Positions 38,198 to 48,578 of a stretch of DNA of 56,796 bases are shown piece after piece (position 1 is the first letter of the stretch; every line of letters begins with the position of its first letter). The notes beneath the pieces were generated by a model. It saw only the letters and a program-made list of their open reading frames with translations. It searched no databases and was not told the DNA's origin. The stretch covers positions 1 to 56,796 of the forward strand of contig CAYMMM010000003.1 in NCBI GenBank assembly GCA_964391595.1. Reading direction: 5' to 3'. The DNA is from an uncultured Candidatus Saccharibacteria bacterium (GTDB taxonomy: Bacteria > Patescibacteriota > Saccharimonadia > CAILAD01 > GCA-016700035). The position numbers and the translations under genes were made by a program.

Positions 38198-41044
38198 ATG
38201 GTAAATAGAAAAAAAATACTTGCCGCAATCATCGGTGCATTTGCTGTAGCTATTATTCTTTTAGCCGTGGCGCGTCCCGCATCAGCAAATCCGGGGCGAA
38301 TCTCACTAAGTCCCGACCCGACCTCCGTAGTTGAGGGCCAAGATATGGTAGTTACCGTCCATCTTGACGAACCGATCATTACAGAAGAGGAAGAAGGATA
38401 TGTCACGATCAATCTGACCTCCAGTGATCCGGGCCTACTGAGCCTATCGGATTCTTCGATCACATTTCCGGCAAGTGAGTGGTCGGGGTCGAAGTCATTT
38501 ACAATATCAGCGCTTCCAGATAGTGTAATCACTGGTCACCAATCGCTTACGGTCTCATTTACGACTGATTCAAATTCGGAATATTACGATGGCTTCTCTG
38601 GAGATATAGATGTCACGTTTATCGATATCGAATTGAGTGGACAATTTGCTGGTGGCACGGGAACTGAAGCGGACCCATATTTGGTGGCGAATTGCGTGCA
38701 GCTCGCGTCAGTAGGAAGCGATCCTTTGCTCGCGGATTCATACTATAAGCTCGCAAACACAATCGATTGCTCAGATACGGTCAATTGGAATGGTGGTCAA
38801 GGCTGGGTGCCACTGGCTAGCTTCACGAATAGGTTTTCAGGCACGCTTGATGGCGATAATAATAGTATCACTGGGCTTTGGTCCTTGCGTGAGCCGGCAC
38901 CGGGTCTAGGCCTTTTCTCCTATACAGAAGATGCTACTTTTAAGAACCTCAATATAAGTGGAACAATCGCTAATTCAACAGAAGATTTAGGGACATGCTC
39001 GGGTGCAATCGCTGGAGCTGTATTTGGCTCAATCACAATCGAAAATGTCAGAAGTACTACCAATATTAGCGGTCTTCAAGACACGATCGGTGGGTTGGTT
39101 GGATGTATTCTAAACGGAGACGGAGCTAGCATTATTACAGGCAGTTCGGTCGATGCTACCTTAAGCTTGGGCGCTATCGGCGGACTCGTCGGGGATGCTG
39201 ATATATCCGGTACATCAAGTCTTACGATCGAGCATTCTACATCGACCGGCACTTTTTCTGGTGGAGATGTAGGTGGTTTGCTTCGCAGGTTTGTATATCG
39301 GGACTGGGATTCGGTTTCGAGCGGCCCCGCCTTGAATATCCTTGACTGTGGGTCAAGCGCCAATATTTCCGTCACAAATGTTGCAGGTGGGCTTGTGGAA
39401 AATATAGTCCTAGATCATCGGTGGGCAACGATACAGGATGCATATTTTACGGGGTCGATTGAGGCTAGTGCGGGGAGTGGTGTAGCGGGTCTTGTGAATA
39501 GAGTAAGTACATTTGACAGCAACCCAGCCGAAACGATTATCCAAAGAAGTTACGCTAGTACGTTAATCACAAGCGCGGCTGGAAATGTAGGTGGGCTTGT
39601 TGGAGTGGTGAGTTCCGACCATGCGGTCTCGGTTGAAGAAAGCTACTTTGGTGGGATTATAGATGCGACAGGTGATTTTGTAGGGGGTCTCATCGCGAGC
39701 TCGGATGGTAGTTCAATGATTGATAACTCGTATGCAGATGCTGAATTATCTGGTGATCAGTACGTTGGTGGCCTCTTAGGAGCCGGGGTTGCGGACATAA
39801 GTAATTCATTTGCTTTCGGGACAATCACAAGCTCTGGAACAGCACTCGGAGGTATAGCTGGATCAATTAGTGGGGGTACTATTGAGGATTCATTCGCTGC
39901 TGTTTCTGTCCCCGCAAATCAGCCTACCACGATAGGCGGGCTGGCAGGTGCAATTAGCGATATGACAATTGAGAATGCCTATGTTGATGCGGGGAGAACA
40001 GAGCAAGCTTGCTACTTTACAAGTGGGCCAGGCGACTCAAGCAGTGTCGATTGTAATACAGTAAACGATGATGGCTCAGATCCAAATTATTACTTTGATA
40101 CTGCTGTTAGCGCCCCCCTAGATCAGTGGGATTTTGACGCGGTGTGGAGTAGTAATGCATATTTCTATCCTTGCTTACAATGGCAAGATTTCTGCCAGAC
40201 TTTTGAGCCGCAAATGCTGTGCGAGATGGCGACCGCGACCGCGACGACAGCGCATGCTGCATGTGACATTCAAGTTCGATCTGGGTATGAGTATGGTGAA
40301 ACGACCTGGGAGGCGCGTTATAAGAAATCAGGTGATCTAGACTACAAGGTATATGCTCTCTCTGATAATACACTTGCCGAAATGAGCCTGACTGGCCTAG
40401 AGCCCGTATCAGATTATTATCTTGAATTCCGATTTACTAATAATTGGGGCGTAGGTGAGTGGGGGCGTGTCGAGGTGCGCACACTAGAGGGTCAAGCAGA
40501 AGGAAGCGCGGCAACTGGGTCTGCACGATCTGTTGTGTTTATTCAGCAATCTTCCGGGCCTTACTCCAATCGTCAGATTAATCTCGCTGACTTTTTAGAG
40601 TTCCTTTCTAATGGCAAGCAGGTTACTGGCTTACGAGAGGGTGACGTACTAACCTTCCAGGTAGATAATGAGTGGCATACCATAACGATTCAACAAATCC
40701 TGGACGATACCGTTATAGTGCTCATTCAGTCAGAGCCGCAGACGGCAAATCTGATGCCCGGCAGATCTACGACATTCGATGTAAACGGCGACAATACAAA
40801 TGATATCGAACTGACACTTGACGAGATAGCCGATAAAACGGCTTCTATAACCTTCAAGCAATTACGCAAGCCTCTCGCTACTACAGCATCATCAAGCTCG
40901 ATCACTGAAGAAGAAGTGCAGAGTCGCACGGAGCGCTATGGTTGGGTAGTGTGGCTGGTGGTTGGTGTAGCGGCTGCATTGCTAAGTACTATATATCTGA
41001 AGAATAGACATTTGGTGCATACGAAACAAGAATCGAAGGAGTAA
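38198..41044 (+). CDS. GLUG-repeat beta-helix surface protein 1 (C-terminal membrane anchor)
   Basis: Signal peptide, then a Calx-beta-like N-domain. Many GGL[VIL]G repeats spaced about 20-25 aa apart, an FN3-like domain, and a C-terminal TM with a basic tail. Confidence 0.85.
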   Translation: MVNRKKILAAIIGAFAVAIILLAVARPASANPGRISLSPDPTSVVEGQDMVVTVHLDEPIITEEEEGYVTINLTSSDPGLLSLSDSSITFPASEWSGSKSFTISALPDSVITGHQSLTVSFTTDSNSEYYDGFSGDIDVTFIDIELSGQFAGGTGTEADPYLVANCVQLASVGSDPLLADSYYKLANTIDCSDTVNWNGGQGWVPLASFTNRFSGTLDGDNNSITGLWSLREPAPGLGLFSYTEDATFKNLNISGTIANSTEDLGTCSGAIAGAVFGSITIENVRSTTNISGLQDTIGGLVGCILNGDGASIITGSSVDATLSLGAIGGLVGDADISGTSSLTIEHSTSTGTFSGGDVGGLLRRFVYRDWDSVSSGPALNILDCGSSANISVTNVAGGLVENIVLDHRWATIQDAYFTGSIEASAGSGVAGLVNRVSTFDSNPAETIIQRSYASTLITSAAGNVGGLVGVVSSDHAVSVEESYFGGIIDATGDFVGGLIASSDGSSMIDNSYADAELSGDQYVGGLLGAGVADISNSFAFGTITSSGTALGGIAGSISGGTIEDSFAAVSVPANQPTTIGGLAGAISDMTIENAYVDAGRTEQACYFTSGPGDSSSVDCNTVNDDGSDPNYYFDTAVSAPLDQWDFDAVWSSNAYFYPCLQWQDFCQTFEPQMLCEMATATATTAHAACDIQVRSGYEYGETTWEARYKKSGDLDYKVYALSDNTLAEMSLTGLEPVSDYYLEFRFTNNWGVGEWGRVEVRTLEGQAEGSAATGSARSVVFIQQSSGPYSNRQINLADFLEFLSNGKQVTGLREGDVLTFQVDNEWHTITIQQILDDTVIVLIQSEPQTANLMPGRSTTFDVNGDNTNDIELTLDEIADKTASITFKQLRKPLATTASSSSITEEEVQSRTERYGWVVWLVVGVAAALLSTIYLKNRHLVHTKQESKE

Positions 41045-41112
41045 TGCATTGCTGGTAAGTATAGGCAATACGGTTATGTTTGTGAGATACTGATAATAAG
41101 TATTTTCAAGTC

Positions 41113-44100
41113 ATGGAGGGCTGGGTGTCTGTAAGGATAGCCGGAACAACAAAAATGAAACGTATCGCAAAAAAAATCGAGAACTTGGGGCGCCTATCGC
41201 GGCTCTTAGTCGCAGTGCTAATATCATTGCCGTTATCGATATTCCCTTCTACTGCACAGCACACAAAGGCATTTAGTGGTACTGGTCTAGGTACAGCAGA
41301 GAGCCCATATCTTATTACTGATTGTGATGAGCTTCAGTCTATCGATATTGATGGCCAAAATTATGAAACAGAAGGCAAGACTTACAAGCTTGCTAGCGAC
41401 ATTGACTGTACAGCAACAAGTACGTGGAATAGCGGCCAAGGCTTTGACCCAATAAACGACTTTGGCGGCATCTTCGATGGTGATGGACACACAATTAATG
41501 GACTTACCATTAATCGACCATCGACTGATAATGTTGGTCTTTTTTCATACGCGGCCTACGAAGCACTTATTACAAGGGTGAGTTTGACGAACGTAAATAT
41601 AACTGGTGATAGCTATGTTGGCGGAATCGCCGGTGAAATAAATGGAACGCTTTTAGACGTTCATGTATCTGGCAGCGTAAGCGGTAGTAATGATGAATAT
41701 TATCAAGGAGTTGGCGGAATCGCCGGACGCAAAGGTAATACTGGATCTATTCTTGATCGAGTCAGCTTTGAAGGCACTGTCACTAATGCGGGTACTTCAA
41801 CCGGGGGTATCGTTGGGTATGCCGGCAATATTGGGGCACTTACAAATAGTTTTGTTAATGCATCAGTAAATGGTCAAACGCACACCGGAGGGCTCATTGG
41901 CTATATGGGATCGTGTTGTAATGTAGTGAGTAATACGTATGCTATTGGAGATGTGACCGGCACCACAAACGTCGGTGGATTAATTGGTCGCTATCAAGAA
42001 GTTTCCTCTGATGACAATAGGGTTGAAAACAGTTTTGCTGCAATTGCAGTGAGCGGTAGTTCGAACGTCGGTGCGGTTGTGGGTAGTATCAATAACATTG
42101 GCTCAACTCCGCTAACGAATCTGGCGTTTGATCAGGACATTGCGGGAGTGAGTGATTGTATTGGAGCCTCGGACTCGGGGGTCGTAAGCTGTACTGCTCG
42201 TAATACAGATGGGTTGAGCCCTGAATACCTACAAGACAGTGCAAACGAACCGCTTGCGAGCTGGGATTTTACCGACGTCTGGAATGAGGAGGTAGGAGAT
42301 TACCCAAGTTTAAGCCCTGTCACCGATCTGAGCGTTCCGGGTGCAGTTACTGGCATATCGGTTGACTACCCCAACTTGCCAAATGAAGCGGAGTTTAGTT
42401 TTACTGGGCCAGTAGATAGTGGATCATTCCCTGTGAGTTACTACGAAACAGAGGTTCGTTTAGCAGATTCGGACTGGAACAGTGTGGATGGGGGCAGTAC
42501 AAGCGACGCTTCTCCAATGAGTGTTAATAATTTATCACTTGGGACAGATTACGTTGTTCGCATCCGAGCAGTCAGCATATACGGGGCAGGAGACTGGACG
42601 GAGTATAACTTTAGTACTAGTCCTGCGGTTAATAGAGATATCAGCACATGTGAGCAGCTGCATGATATCGATGAGGATGCTTCGTTCTTAGATAACATAA
42701 CACTTACAGATGATATTGATTGCTCTGATATTGATAATTTCTCACCACTCAGTTTTGAAGACAGTTCGTATGCAGGTATTTTTGATGGCCAAGGTCACAC
42801 TATTTCGAACATAACAATGGAAGGCGATGACACCGGAGACTGGGGCCTGTTCAGCCATTTGGGTACTGGGGTTGTACGTGATCTTACAATTGAAGATGGT
42901 TCTATAGATGTTACTAATGATGCCTATGACTGTGGTGCTCTGGCTGGTGAGGCATATGGTACGACAATTACTGATGTCCATGTTCGTAATTATGATATAT
43001 CTTGCCGGTCTGTTGTCGGGGGGATAGTCGGTAATTACGACTCAGAGGACGGCGTAAATATTGAATTGACTAATCTCAGTGTTACTGGTGGATCAATGAC
43101 AGTAAGTGACAATAGAGCAGGTGGTCTATTTGGTGATGTGGATGTTAATGATGCATCAACCCTACTAGTTGAAAAAATATATTCTGATACAGCAGTAAAT
43201 TCTGAAGGGTCGGCAGGTGGTCTATTTGGTGAAGTTGACGTCGAAAATGACGAAGACGATGGCGATCCAGACGCTGTTATTACACTGAGAGATGCCTATT
43301 CTAAATCTATAGTAACGTCAACTGGCGATGATGTCGGTGGCTTGATTGGATACGCTGAAGTATATAACGATGGCTATGAGACTGTTTCCAAGATCGTCAT
43401 AGAAAACACCTATAGTTCGGGGTCAATCAGCGGATATTCAAATGTTGGTGGTTTAATTGGGGAATTGTATGATCTGGAATACGAGGGCGAAGAAGTCGAG
43501 ATCACTCATTCTTTTGTAACGAGCAGTATTAGTGACGAGGATTCCTCAAATGCTCATGCGGTGATCGGTTCTGAAATTGATATTGACGAGGGCCAATTGA
43601 CACTAGATGGTGTGTACTTTGATCAAACTGCCACCGGTAAAGACCAGGCACTCTTTGAAGATGATTACGCTGGATCATCTGCCATTAATACCGATGGCTC
43701 TGAGGGTGATTACTTCAAGAATAATGTCGAGAACCCTCCGCTAGACACATGGGATTTTGACGATATATGGCTAGTAAATGTAGATGACTATCCGACATTC
43801 ATTGGGCAACCATCTGAAGATATCAATATAGACATGAGTTCGGCAGAAGACGGATCACTGATCAATTTTACTGCGCAAGGATGTGATTCTCTTGGAGAAT
43901 GGCAGACTAGTAAAGAGTCCCAACTGGCCAAGCAAGATATCGGCTTTGATTACCCTGAGGGGCTGGTGAAGTTCGAATTGCTTAGCTGTGAAAGTGGCGG
44001 AGATGCTACTATTCAATTTACTGTTGTAACTAATCTAAAAGCAGGCGAAATTAGCGTTCGTAAATACAGCGAAACTCTTACTACCTTTACGACACTGACT

Positions 44101-44286
44101 GATGAGAATAGCAATGTGTCAATTGAAGAAGTGACAATTGATGATCAAGCTGCACTGCGTGTGACATATGTACTTACCGATGGCGGCTTACTCGATCAAG
44201 ACGGCTTAGTGAACGGCGAGATCGTTGACCCAGTAGGTGTGGCACAAGTAGCCCTGACTGCTCCAAATACAGGATCTGGCCATTAA
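41113..44286 (+). CDS. GLUG-repeat beta-helix surface protein 2 (two beta-helix modules, FN3-like domain, LTAPNTGSGH C-terminus)
   Basis: Signal peptide (an alternative ATG at 41155 gives MKRIAKK). Two FDG.GHTI..L entry motifs are each followed by VGG[LI][IVF]G repeats. Confidence 0.85.
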   Translation: MEGWVSVRIAGTTKMKRIAKKIENLGRLSRLLVAVLISLPLSIFPSTAQHTKAFSGTGLGTAESPYLITDCDELQSIDIDGQNYETEGKTYKLASDIDCTATSTWNSGQGFDPINDFGGIFDGDGHTINGLTINRPSTDNVGLFSYAAYEALITRVSLTNVNITGDSYVGGIAGEINGTLLDVHVSGSVSGSNDEYYQGVGGIAGRKGNTGSILDRVSFEGTVTNAGTSTGGIVGYAGNIGALTNSFVNASVNGQTHTGGLIGYMGSCCNVVSNTYAIGDVTGTTNVGGLIGRYQEVSSDDNRVENSFAAIAVSGSSNVGAVVGSINNIGSTPLTNLAFDQDIAGVSDCIGASDSGVVSCTARNTDGLSPEYLQDSANEPLASWDFTDVWNEEVGDYPSLSPVTDLSVPGAVTGISVDYPNLPNEAEFSFTGPVDSGSFPVSYYETEVRLADSDWNSVDGGSTSDASPMSVNNLSLGTDYVVRIRAVSIYGAGDWTEYNFSTSPAVNRDISTCEQLHDIDEDASFLDNITLTDDIDCSDIDNFSPLSFEDSSYAGIFDGQGHTISNITMEGDDTGDWGLFSHLGTGVVRDLTIEDGSIDVTNDAYDCGALAGEAYGTTITDVHVRNYDISCRSVVGGIVGNYDSEDGVNIELTNLSVTGGSMTVSDNRAGGLFGDVDVNDASTLLVEKIYSDTAVNSEGSAGGLFGEVDVENDEDDGDPDAVITLRDAYSKSIVTSTGDDVGGLIGYAEVYNDGYETVSKIVIENTYSSGSISGYSNVGGLIGELYDLEYEGEEVEITHSFVTSSISDEDSSNAHAVIGSEIDIDEGQLTLDGVYFDQTATGKDQALFEDDYAGSSAINTDGSEGDYFKNNVENPPLDTWDFDDIWLVNVDDYPTFIGQPSEDINIDMSSAEDGSLINFTAQGCDSLGEWQTSKESQLAKQDIGFDYPEGLVKFELLSCESGGDATIQFTVVTNLKAGEISVRKYSETLTTFTTLTDENSNVSIEEVTIDDQAALRVTYVLTDGGLLDQDGLVNGEIVDPVGVAQVALTAPNTGSGH

Positions 44287-46575
44287 ATGAGATTAGTCCG
44301 TAGGATTTTGAGCTTAACCCTAGTAGGCCTGTTGGCTACTAATTTAACGTATACCCCTATAGCGTTTGCTGTTGAGCCAGATACTACGATCGCTAGCTCA
44401 CCGGGATTAAAAACTACCGATACGACAGCGACCTTTGAATTCAGCGCCGACCAAGAGGAACCAATTACTTTTCAATGTAGAATTGATGGGGGTTCGTTAA
44501 GTTCATGTAGTAGCCCTTTTCAGACACCGACTTTAGATATCGGTGCACATGTTTTTGAAGTTCAGGCTACTAACGGTGACACTGAGACCGATGCCTCACC
44601 GGCGACATATGCTTGGGAAATTGTATCTCCAGAAATTACATCATGTGAAGAGCTGATCAATATCGATGATGTGCTTGATGGTGACTTTGAGCTCATGTCA
44701 GACCTTAACTGTGTTCCAGAAGGCAATGATGCGATGATTGGCGATAATCAAAATCCTTTCACGGGGAGCTTCGACGGTAATGATCATACAGTTACCATTG
44801 ACCTTGATCTTTCGGACAATGGTATCGGCTTGTTTTCTCAGGTCACCGATGGTGGAACAGTCAATAATCTGACGGTTGCTGGCTCAATTGGTGGCACCAA
44901 TGAAGTTGGTGGCATTGCCGGGGGAGCTACTGATGCGAGTTTTGATGATATCCATAACGAAGCCACAATAACTGGCGAAAATTCTGTCGGTGGACTCATA
45001 GGGTACATTCATGACGGTACGTCGATAATGAATTCCTCATCAAGCGGGAGCGTGACTGGCGTCAACTATGTTGGAGGCCTCGTCGGTAGATTGCATACAT
45101 CTTCGATAGCATCATCAAGTTCCACTGGTGAAGTGAACGGAGTTGATAATGTCGGCGGCGCCGTAGGGTTAATGACCGAAACTTCCGAAGTCGTCAACTC
45201 ATCAGCATCTGGTTTGGTGCAAGGAGCTAGTGCCGTCGGAGGGTTCGTTGGTGGATCGTACTGTTCAAGTTCGCACTATAGAAGCTCTGCAACGGGCAAT
45301 GTGATTGCGTCGGGCTCCGCGGTGGGTGGCTACGTCGGTGACGACGGCTGTGAGGGCCCGGGCAGTACCTATCAGGAATCCTTTGCAACTGGCAATGTAA
45401 CTGGTGGATCGCTTGTGGGTGGCTTTATTGGACAAGCTTTTGTCTCGACGCTTGATAAAACATATGCCCTTGGTGACGTAACCTCGACTGGGGGTGGCTA
45501 TGTTGGGGGACTCATCGGTTATTCAAACGGATTTGATGGGGCAGAAACTCAAGTAAATGAGTCATTTGCGCGTGGAGATGTTGTTGCAAATGGTACGAGC
45601 GTCGGTGGTTTGGTGGGCGGCACAAGTGGAGACGGTAATGTCTTTACAGACGTATTTGCTCGCGGGTCAGTAACAGGCAGTGGAATCGTAGGCGGGTTAT
45701 TGGGATATTCCACGGCTGGAACGACTACCACGAATGCGTATGCAACGGGGCTAATTACAAGTGGTGACGGAAATGTCGGTGGGCTGCTTGGAGCTGGAGA
45801 AGGTGGCACAGTTTTTAACTCGTCATTTTGGGACGAAGATGCAACGCAGATGTCACTTGGTGGGAATGGTACGCCGAAGACGACCGATGAAATGACTAAT
45901 GTCGATACTTATACACTCGAAACTACAGTCGGCCTTGCACAAGCATGGGATTTCGTCGATGACCCAAATGACGATGAAGGTACAGATGATATTTGGTTTA
46001 TTGACCAAGGCAATAACGATGGATATCCGTGCCTCACTTGGCTCAACAACAGCTGCGACTTTGCATCAGAACAAGACCCAGACGTATACGAAGATCTCAA
46101 TGGCGACTCAATCCCAGACAGTGAGCAGCCGAATGTCGGGGGTTATTACAAGGGTAGTACGGGTAAGTTTGTTGCCATGGACATGGGCGCTAATTGCGAA
46201 CTCACCGGCGATGACATGACTGAAGAATCTAATTTCCCTGTTGCTGACCCAGCATATGAATACGATAATGGCCTCTTTGAGTTCACTGCAGACTGCACAG
46301 TAGAGACCACAACTATTAAGCTGTACTACTACGATGTTGACATCACCGACTTAGTGGCTCGCAAATACAGTACAAAGACTAATGCTTACTTCACCTTAGA
46401 TGATGCTATCATCACCCAGCAGACCATTAACGGGCATAGTGTTGCCGTAGTGACTTATCAGCTCACCGATAACTCCGAACGAGATATGGATGAAGAGCCA
46501 GGCTCCATTGAGGACCCTGCTGGACTGGCGAGGTCGATCTTGAATGCTCCGAATGCCGGTATCGGTGGCATATAG
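44287..46575 (+). CDS. GLUG-repeat beta-helix surface protein 3 (LNAPNAGIGGI C-terminus)
   Basis: Signal peptide ending AFA, FDGNDHTV entry motif and more than 12 VGG[LF][IV]G repeats. The C-terminal domain is homologous to that of protein 2. Confidence 0.85.
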   Translation: MRLVRRILSLTLVGLLATNLTYTPIAFAVEPDTTIASSPGLKTTDTTATFEFSADQEEPITFQCRIDGGSLSSCSSPFQTPTLDIGAHVFEVQATNGDTETDASPATYAWEIVSPEITSCEELINIDDVLDGDFELMSDLNCVPEGNDAMIGDNQNPFTGSFDGNDHTVTIDLDLSDNGIGLFSQVTDGGTVNNLTVAGSIGGTNEVGGIAGGATDASFDDIHNEATITGENSVGGLIGYIHDGTSIMNSSSSGSVTGVNYVGGLVGRLHTSSIASSSSTGEVNGVDNVGGAVGLMTETSEVVNSSASGLVQGASAVGGFVGGSYCSSSHYRSSATGNVIASGSAVGGYVGDDGCEGPGSTYQESFATGNVTGGSLVGGFIGQAFVSTLDKTYALGDVTSTGGGYVGGLIGYSNGFDGAETQVNESFARGDVVANGTSVGGLVGGTSGDGNVFTDVFARGSVTGSGIVGGLLGYSTAGTTTTNAYATGLITSGDGNVGGLLGAGEGGTVFNSSFWDEDATQMSLGGNGTPKTTDEMTNVDTYTLETTVGLAQAWDFVDDPNDDEGTDDIWFIDQGNNDGYPCLTWLNNSCDFASEQDPDVYEDLNGDSIPDSEQPNVGGYYKGSTGKFVAMDMGANCELTGDDMTEESNFPVADPAYEYDNGLFEFTADCTVETTTIKLYYYDVDITDLVARKYSTKTNAYFTLDDAIITQQTINGHSVAVVTYQLTDNSERDMDEEPGSIEDPAGLARSILNAPNAGIGGI

Positions 46576-46608
46576 CCAAGCTCGCAAGACTATAATAAAG
46601 TTAAGACT

Positions 46609-47238
46609 ATGAAGAGTCGTACGCTTCGCTTCGTTGCCATTGCACTAGGCATAGCCATACTAGTGGGTGGGCTGACGTGGCTCTTGAAGCGTCAGGTAGA
46701 AAAGCCCCAGGTTAATACTCAAATTGTCGTGTCCGATGATGACCCGAGTAGTAATAAACCCGAAGATGAAGGGTATGTGTGGAGGGGTGCTCCAGATGAG
46801 CCTAAACAAATAGAGATAAGCTCTATCGGAGTTAAAGCTTATATCCAGAAAGTTGACGTTACGAGCAAGCAACAGGTCGCAGCGCCAAACAATATATATT
46901 TAGCCGGATGGTTTGTACGTTACCCAAAGCCAGGCGAACAGGGACTGAGTATCATCGATGGACATATAGTCGATAAGTCTGATCAAGGGGTATTTACACG
47001 GCTGGGCGAAATGCAGCCTGCTGATGAATTCTCGGTTGTATTCGGCGATAATTCCAGAAAGACCTTTTCGGTTATTGAGACACGAGTGGTGGATACAGAT
47101 AAGGCGGAGTCAGTATTATTCTCTCAAAATCCATTGGTGCGCAATCAGCTTAACCTCATTACTTGCGGAGGTACTTATGACGAGTCTTCAAGGGTTTTTA
47201 ACAAGCGCGTCATTGTGATCTCGGAGCTTATCCAGTAG
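46609..47238 (+). CDS. Sortase-family transpeptidase (class E/F-like)
   Basis: N-terminal TM anchor, His in IIDGHI, catalytic Cys in LNLITCGG and Arg in KRVIVIS. Confidence 0.8.
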   Translation: MKSRTLRFVAIALGIAILVGGLTWLLKRQVEKPQVNTQIVVSDDDPSSNKPEDEGYVWRGAPDEPKQIEISSIGVKAYIQKVDVTSKQQVAAPNNIYLAGWFVRYPKPGEQGLSIIDGHIVDKSDQGVFTRLGEMQPADEFSVVFGDNSRKTFSVIETRVVDTDKAESVLFSQNPLVRNQLNLITCGGTYDESSRVFNKRVIVISELIQ

Positions 47239-47327
47239 GAGGCGTTATTGAGGGGGATTGTGTAAAGCGCTTGAGATAAGGCAGTCTTTACGGTACGCTA
47301 GATCAAGAAATGAGGAGTGAGTGAAGT

Positions 47328-47867
47328 ATGGATGGTCTAGAAAAGCGTTCTTCTGGCGGCTACGATCGAGCCCACAATAGCCAGGCAAAAAAATCTTCAG
47401 CTGTTCGTAAGCTAGTAAGCAAGATCGGCTCAGGCGCTGGTAGTTTGATTCGTTGGATTGCCGGCTCTAGGCTAGCACAGGTTATGCTTATAGTTCTTTT
47501 GCTTATTGGCGGTGGCTTTGGACTTTATAAGATTGGGTATTCACGCGGTGAGCAAGCACAGAAAGCACTGGATGAAAAGAGCCGCCCAAAGATCCCTAGC
47601 CGTCAGTCAAATAGTAGCAGCTCGCCCCGGCCAAGTAGCGCTATTACATCTTATGTTGGTGAGATCACAGAAATTTCAGCAGCTGGCTTGACTGTAAAAA
47701 CTACCGATAACGCGACACACAAAGTTAGCTTCGGGCAAAGCTTAGTTGTAACTGATGTAAAAGGCGCAAAGTCTGACGCGAAAAACCTGAAGAAGGGTCA
47801 GAAGATTGCTGTTTCAGGCACTGACAAGGATGGCGAACTCTCTGCTACACGCATTCGAATACGTTAG
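47328..47867 (+). CDS. Membrane-anchored hypothetical protein with a small C-terminal beta domain
   Basis: One TM (VMLIVLLLIGGGFGLY), a Ser-rich linker and a C-terminal ~70-aa domain. Confidence 0.55.
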   Translation: MDGLEKRSSGGYDRAHNSQAKKSSAVRKLVSKIGSGAGSLIRWIAGSRLAQVMLIVLLLIGGGFGLYKIGYSRGEQAQKALDEKSRPKIPSRQSNSSSSPRPSSAITSYVGEITEISAAGLTVKTTDNATHKVSFGQSLVVTDVKGAKSDAKNLKKGQKIAVSGTDKDGELSATRIRIR

Positions 47868-47945
47868 GGATGATAGATTCGGTTGAGCGGCACAAAATCC
47901 AGAACGGGTGTATATTCGTACTCTGTTCGTATATAATGTATTGAT

Positions 47946-48539
47946 ATGCAGGGTGAGCTATTTTCGCGTCCTTTGGTGTTCGTAGATATCGAGACTACTG
48001 GTGGTAGCCCTCAGGCATGTCGTGTGCTTGAGCTAGCAGCGCTTCGAGTTGAGGCTGGCAGGGTAGTGGATTATCTTGATGTACTCTTAGATCCAGGAGC
48101 TGATGTGCCATGGTTTATCACCAATCTTACGGGGATTAAGACTGAGGACACTTGGGGCGCGCCCAGCTTTAGCCAGGTCGCGAAGAGATTCTTGAGTTTA
48201 TTCTCTGAAGGCGCCGTCTTCATCGCGCATAATGTCTCATTTGACTATGGGTTTTTGCAGGCTGAATACAACTTGCTGGGTGAGCGGCTCCACGTTCCCA
48301 AGGCGTGCACCGTACAACTGTCCCGGACTTTTTATCCTGAGCAGCGCCATCATCGTCTCGACGCAGTTATTGAACGTCATGGCATAGTGGTCGAGGATCG
48401 CCATCGTGCGCTCGGGGATGCTCAGGCTCTGGTGGATTTTTATGGAATACTATGCTGCGAGTTTGGTGAGAACGCGGTGGCTACGGCAATCATGCAACAA
48501 GCCTTAAGAAGGCCGACTTCCAAGCGATCTCTCAGATGA
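47946..48539 (+). CDS. DEDDh 3'-5' exonuclease (DNA polymerase III epsilon-like)
   Basis: Exo I FVDIETTG, Exo II AHNVSFDYGFL and Exo III HRALGDAQA. Confidence 0.85.
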   Translation: MQGELFSRPLVFVDIETTGGSPQACRVLELAALRVEAGRVVDYLDVLLDPGADVPWFITNLTGIKTEDTWGAPSFSQVAKRFLSLFSEGAVFIAHNVSFDYGFLQAEYNLLGERLHVPKACTVQLSRTFYPEQRHHRLDAVIERHGIVVEDRHRALGDAQALVDFYGILCCEFGENAVATAIMQQALRRPTSKRSLR

Positions 48540-48578
48540 TAGCGAGTATGATGCACTCATGAAAGGAGAAATAATCAT

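Noticed and set aside
44284-46650. GLUG protein 2, GLUG protein 3 and the sortase are all in the same reading frame. Stop-codon read-through would therefore place a hydrophobic segment (the next gene's signal peptide or TM) after each APNxG motif, mimicking a classical sorting signal.
   Set aside because: The stops are TAA and TAG, with no recoding signal visible. The downstream hydrophobic segments have signal-peptide polarity (basic residues first) and their own start codons. A shared frame has about a 1-in-9 chance expectation. I noted it as a curiosity only.
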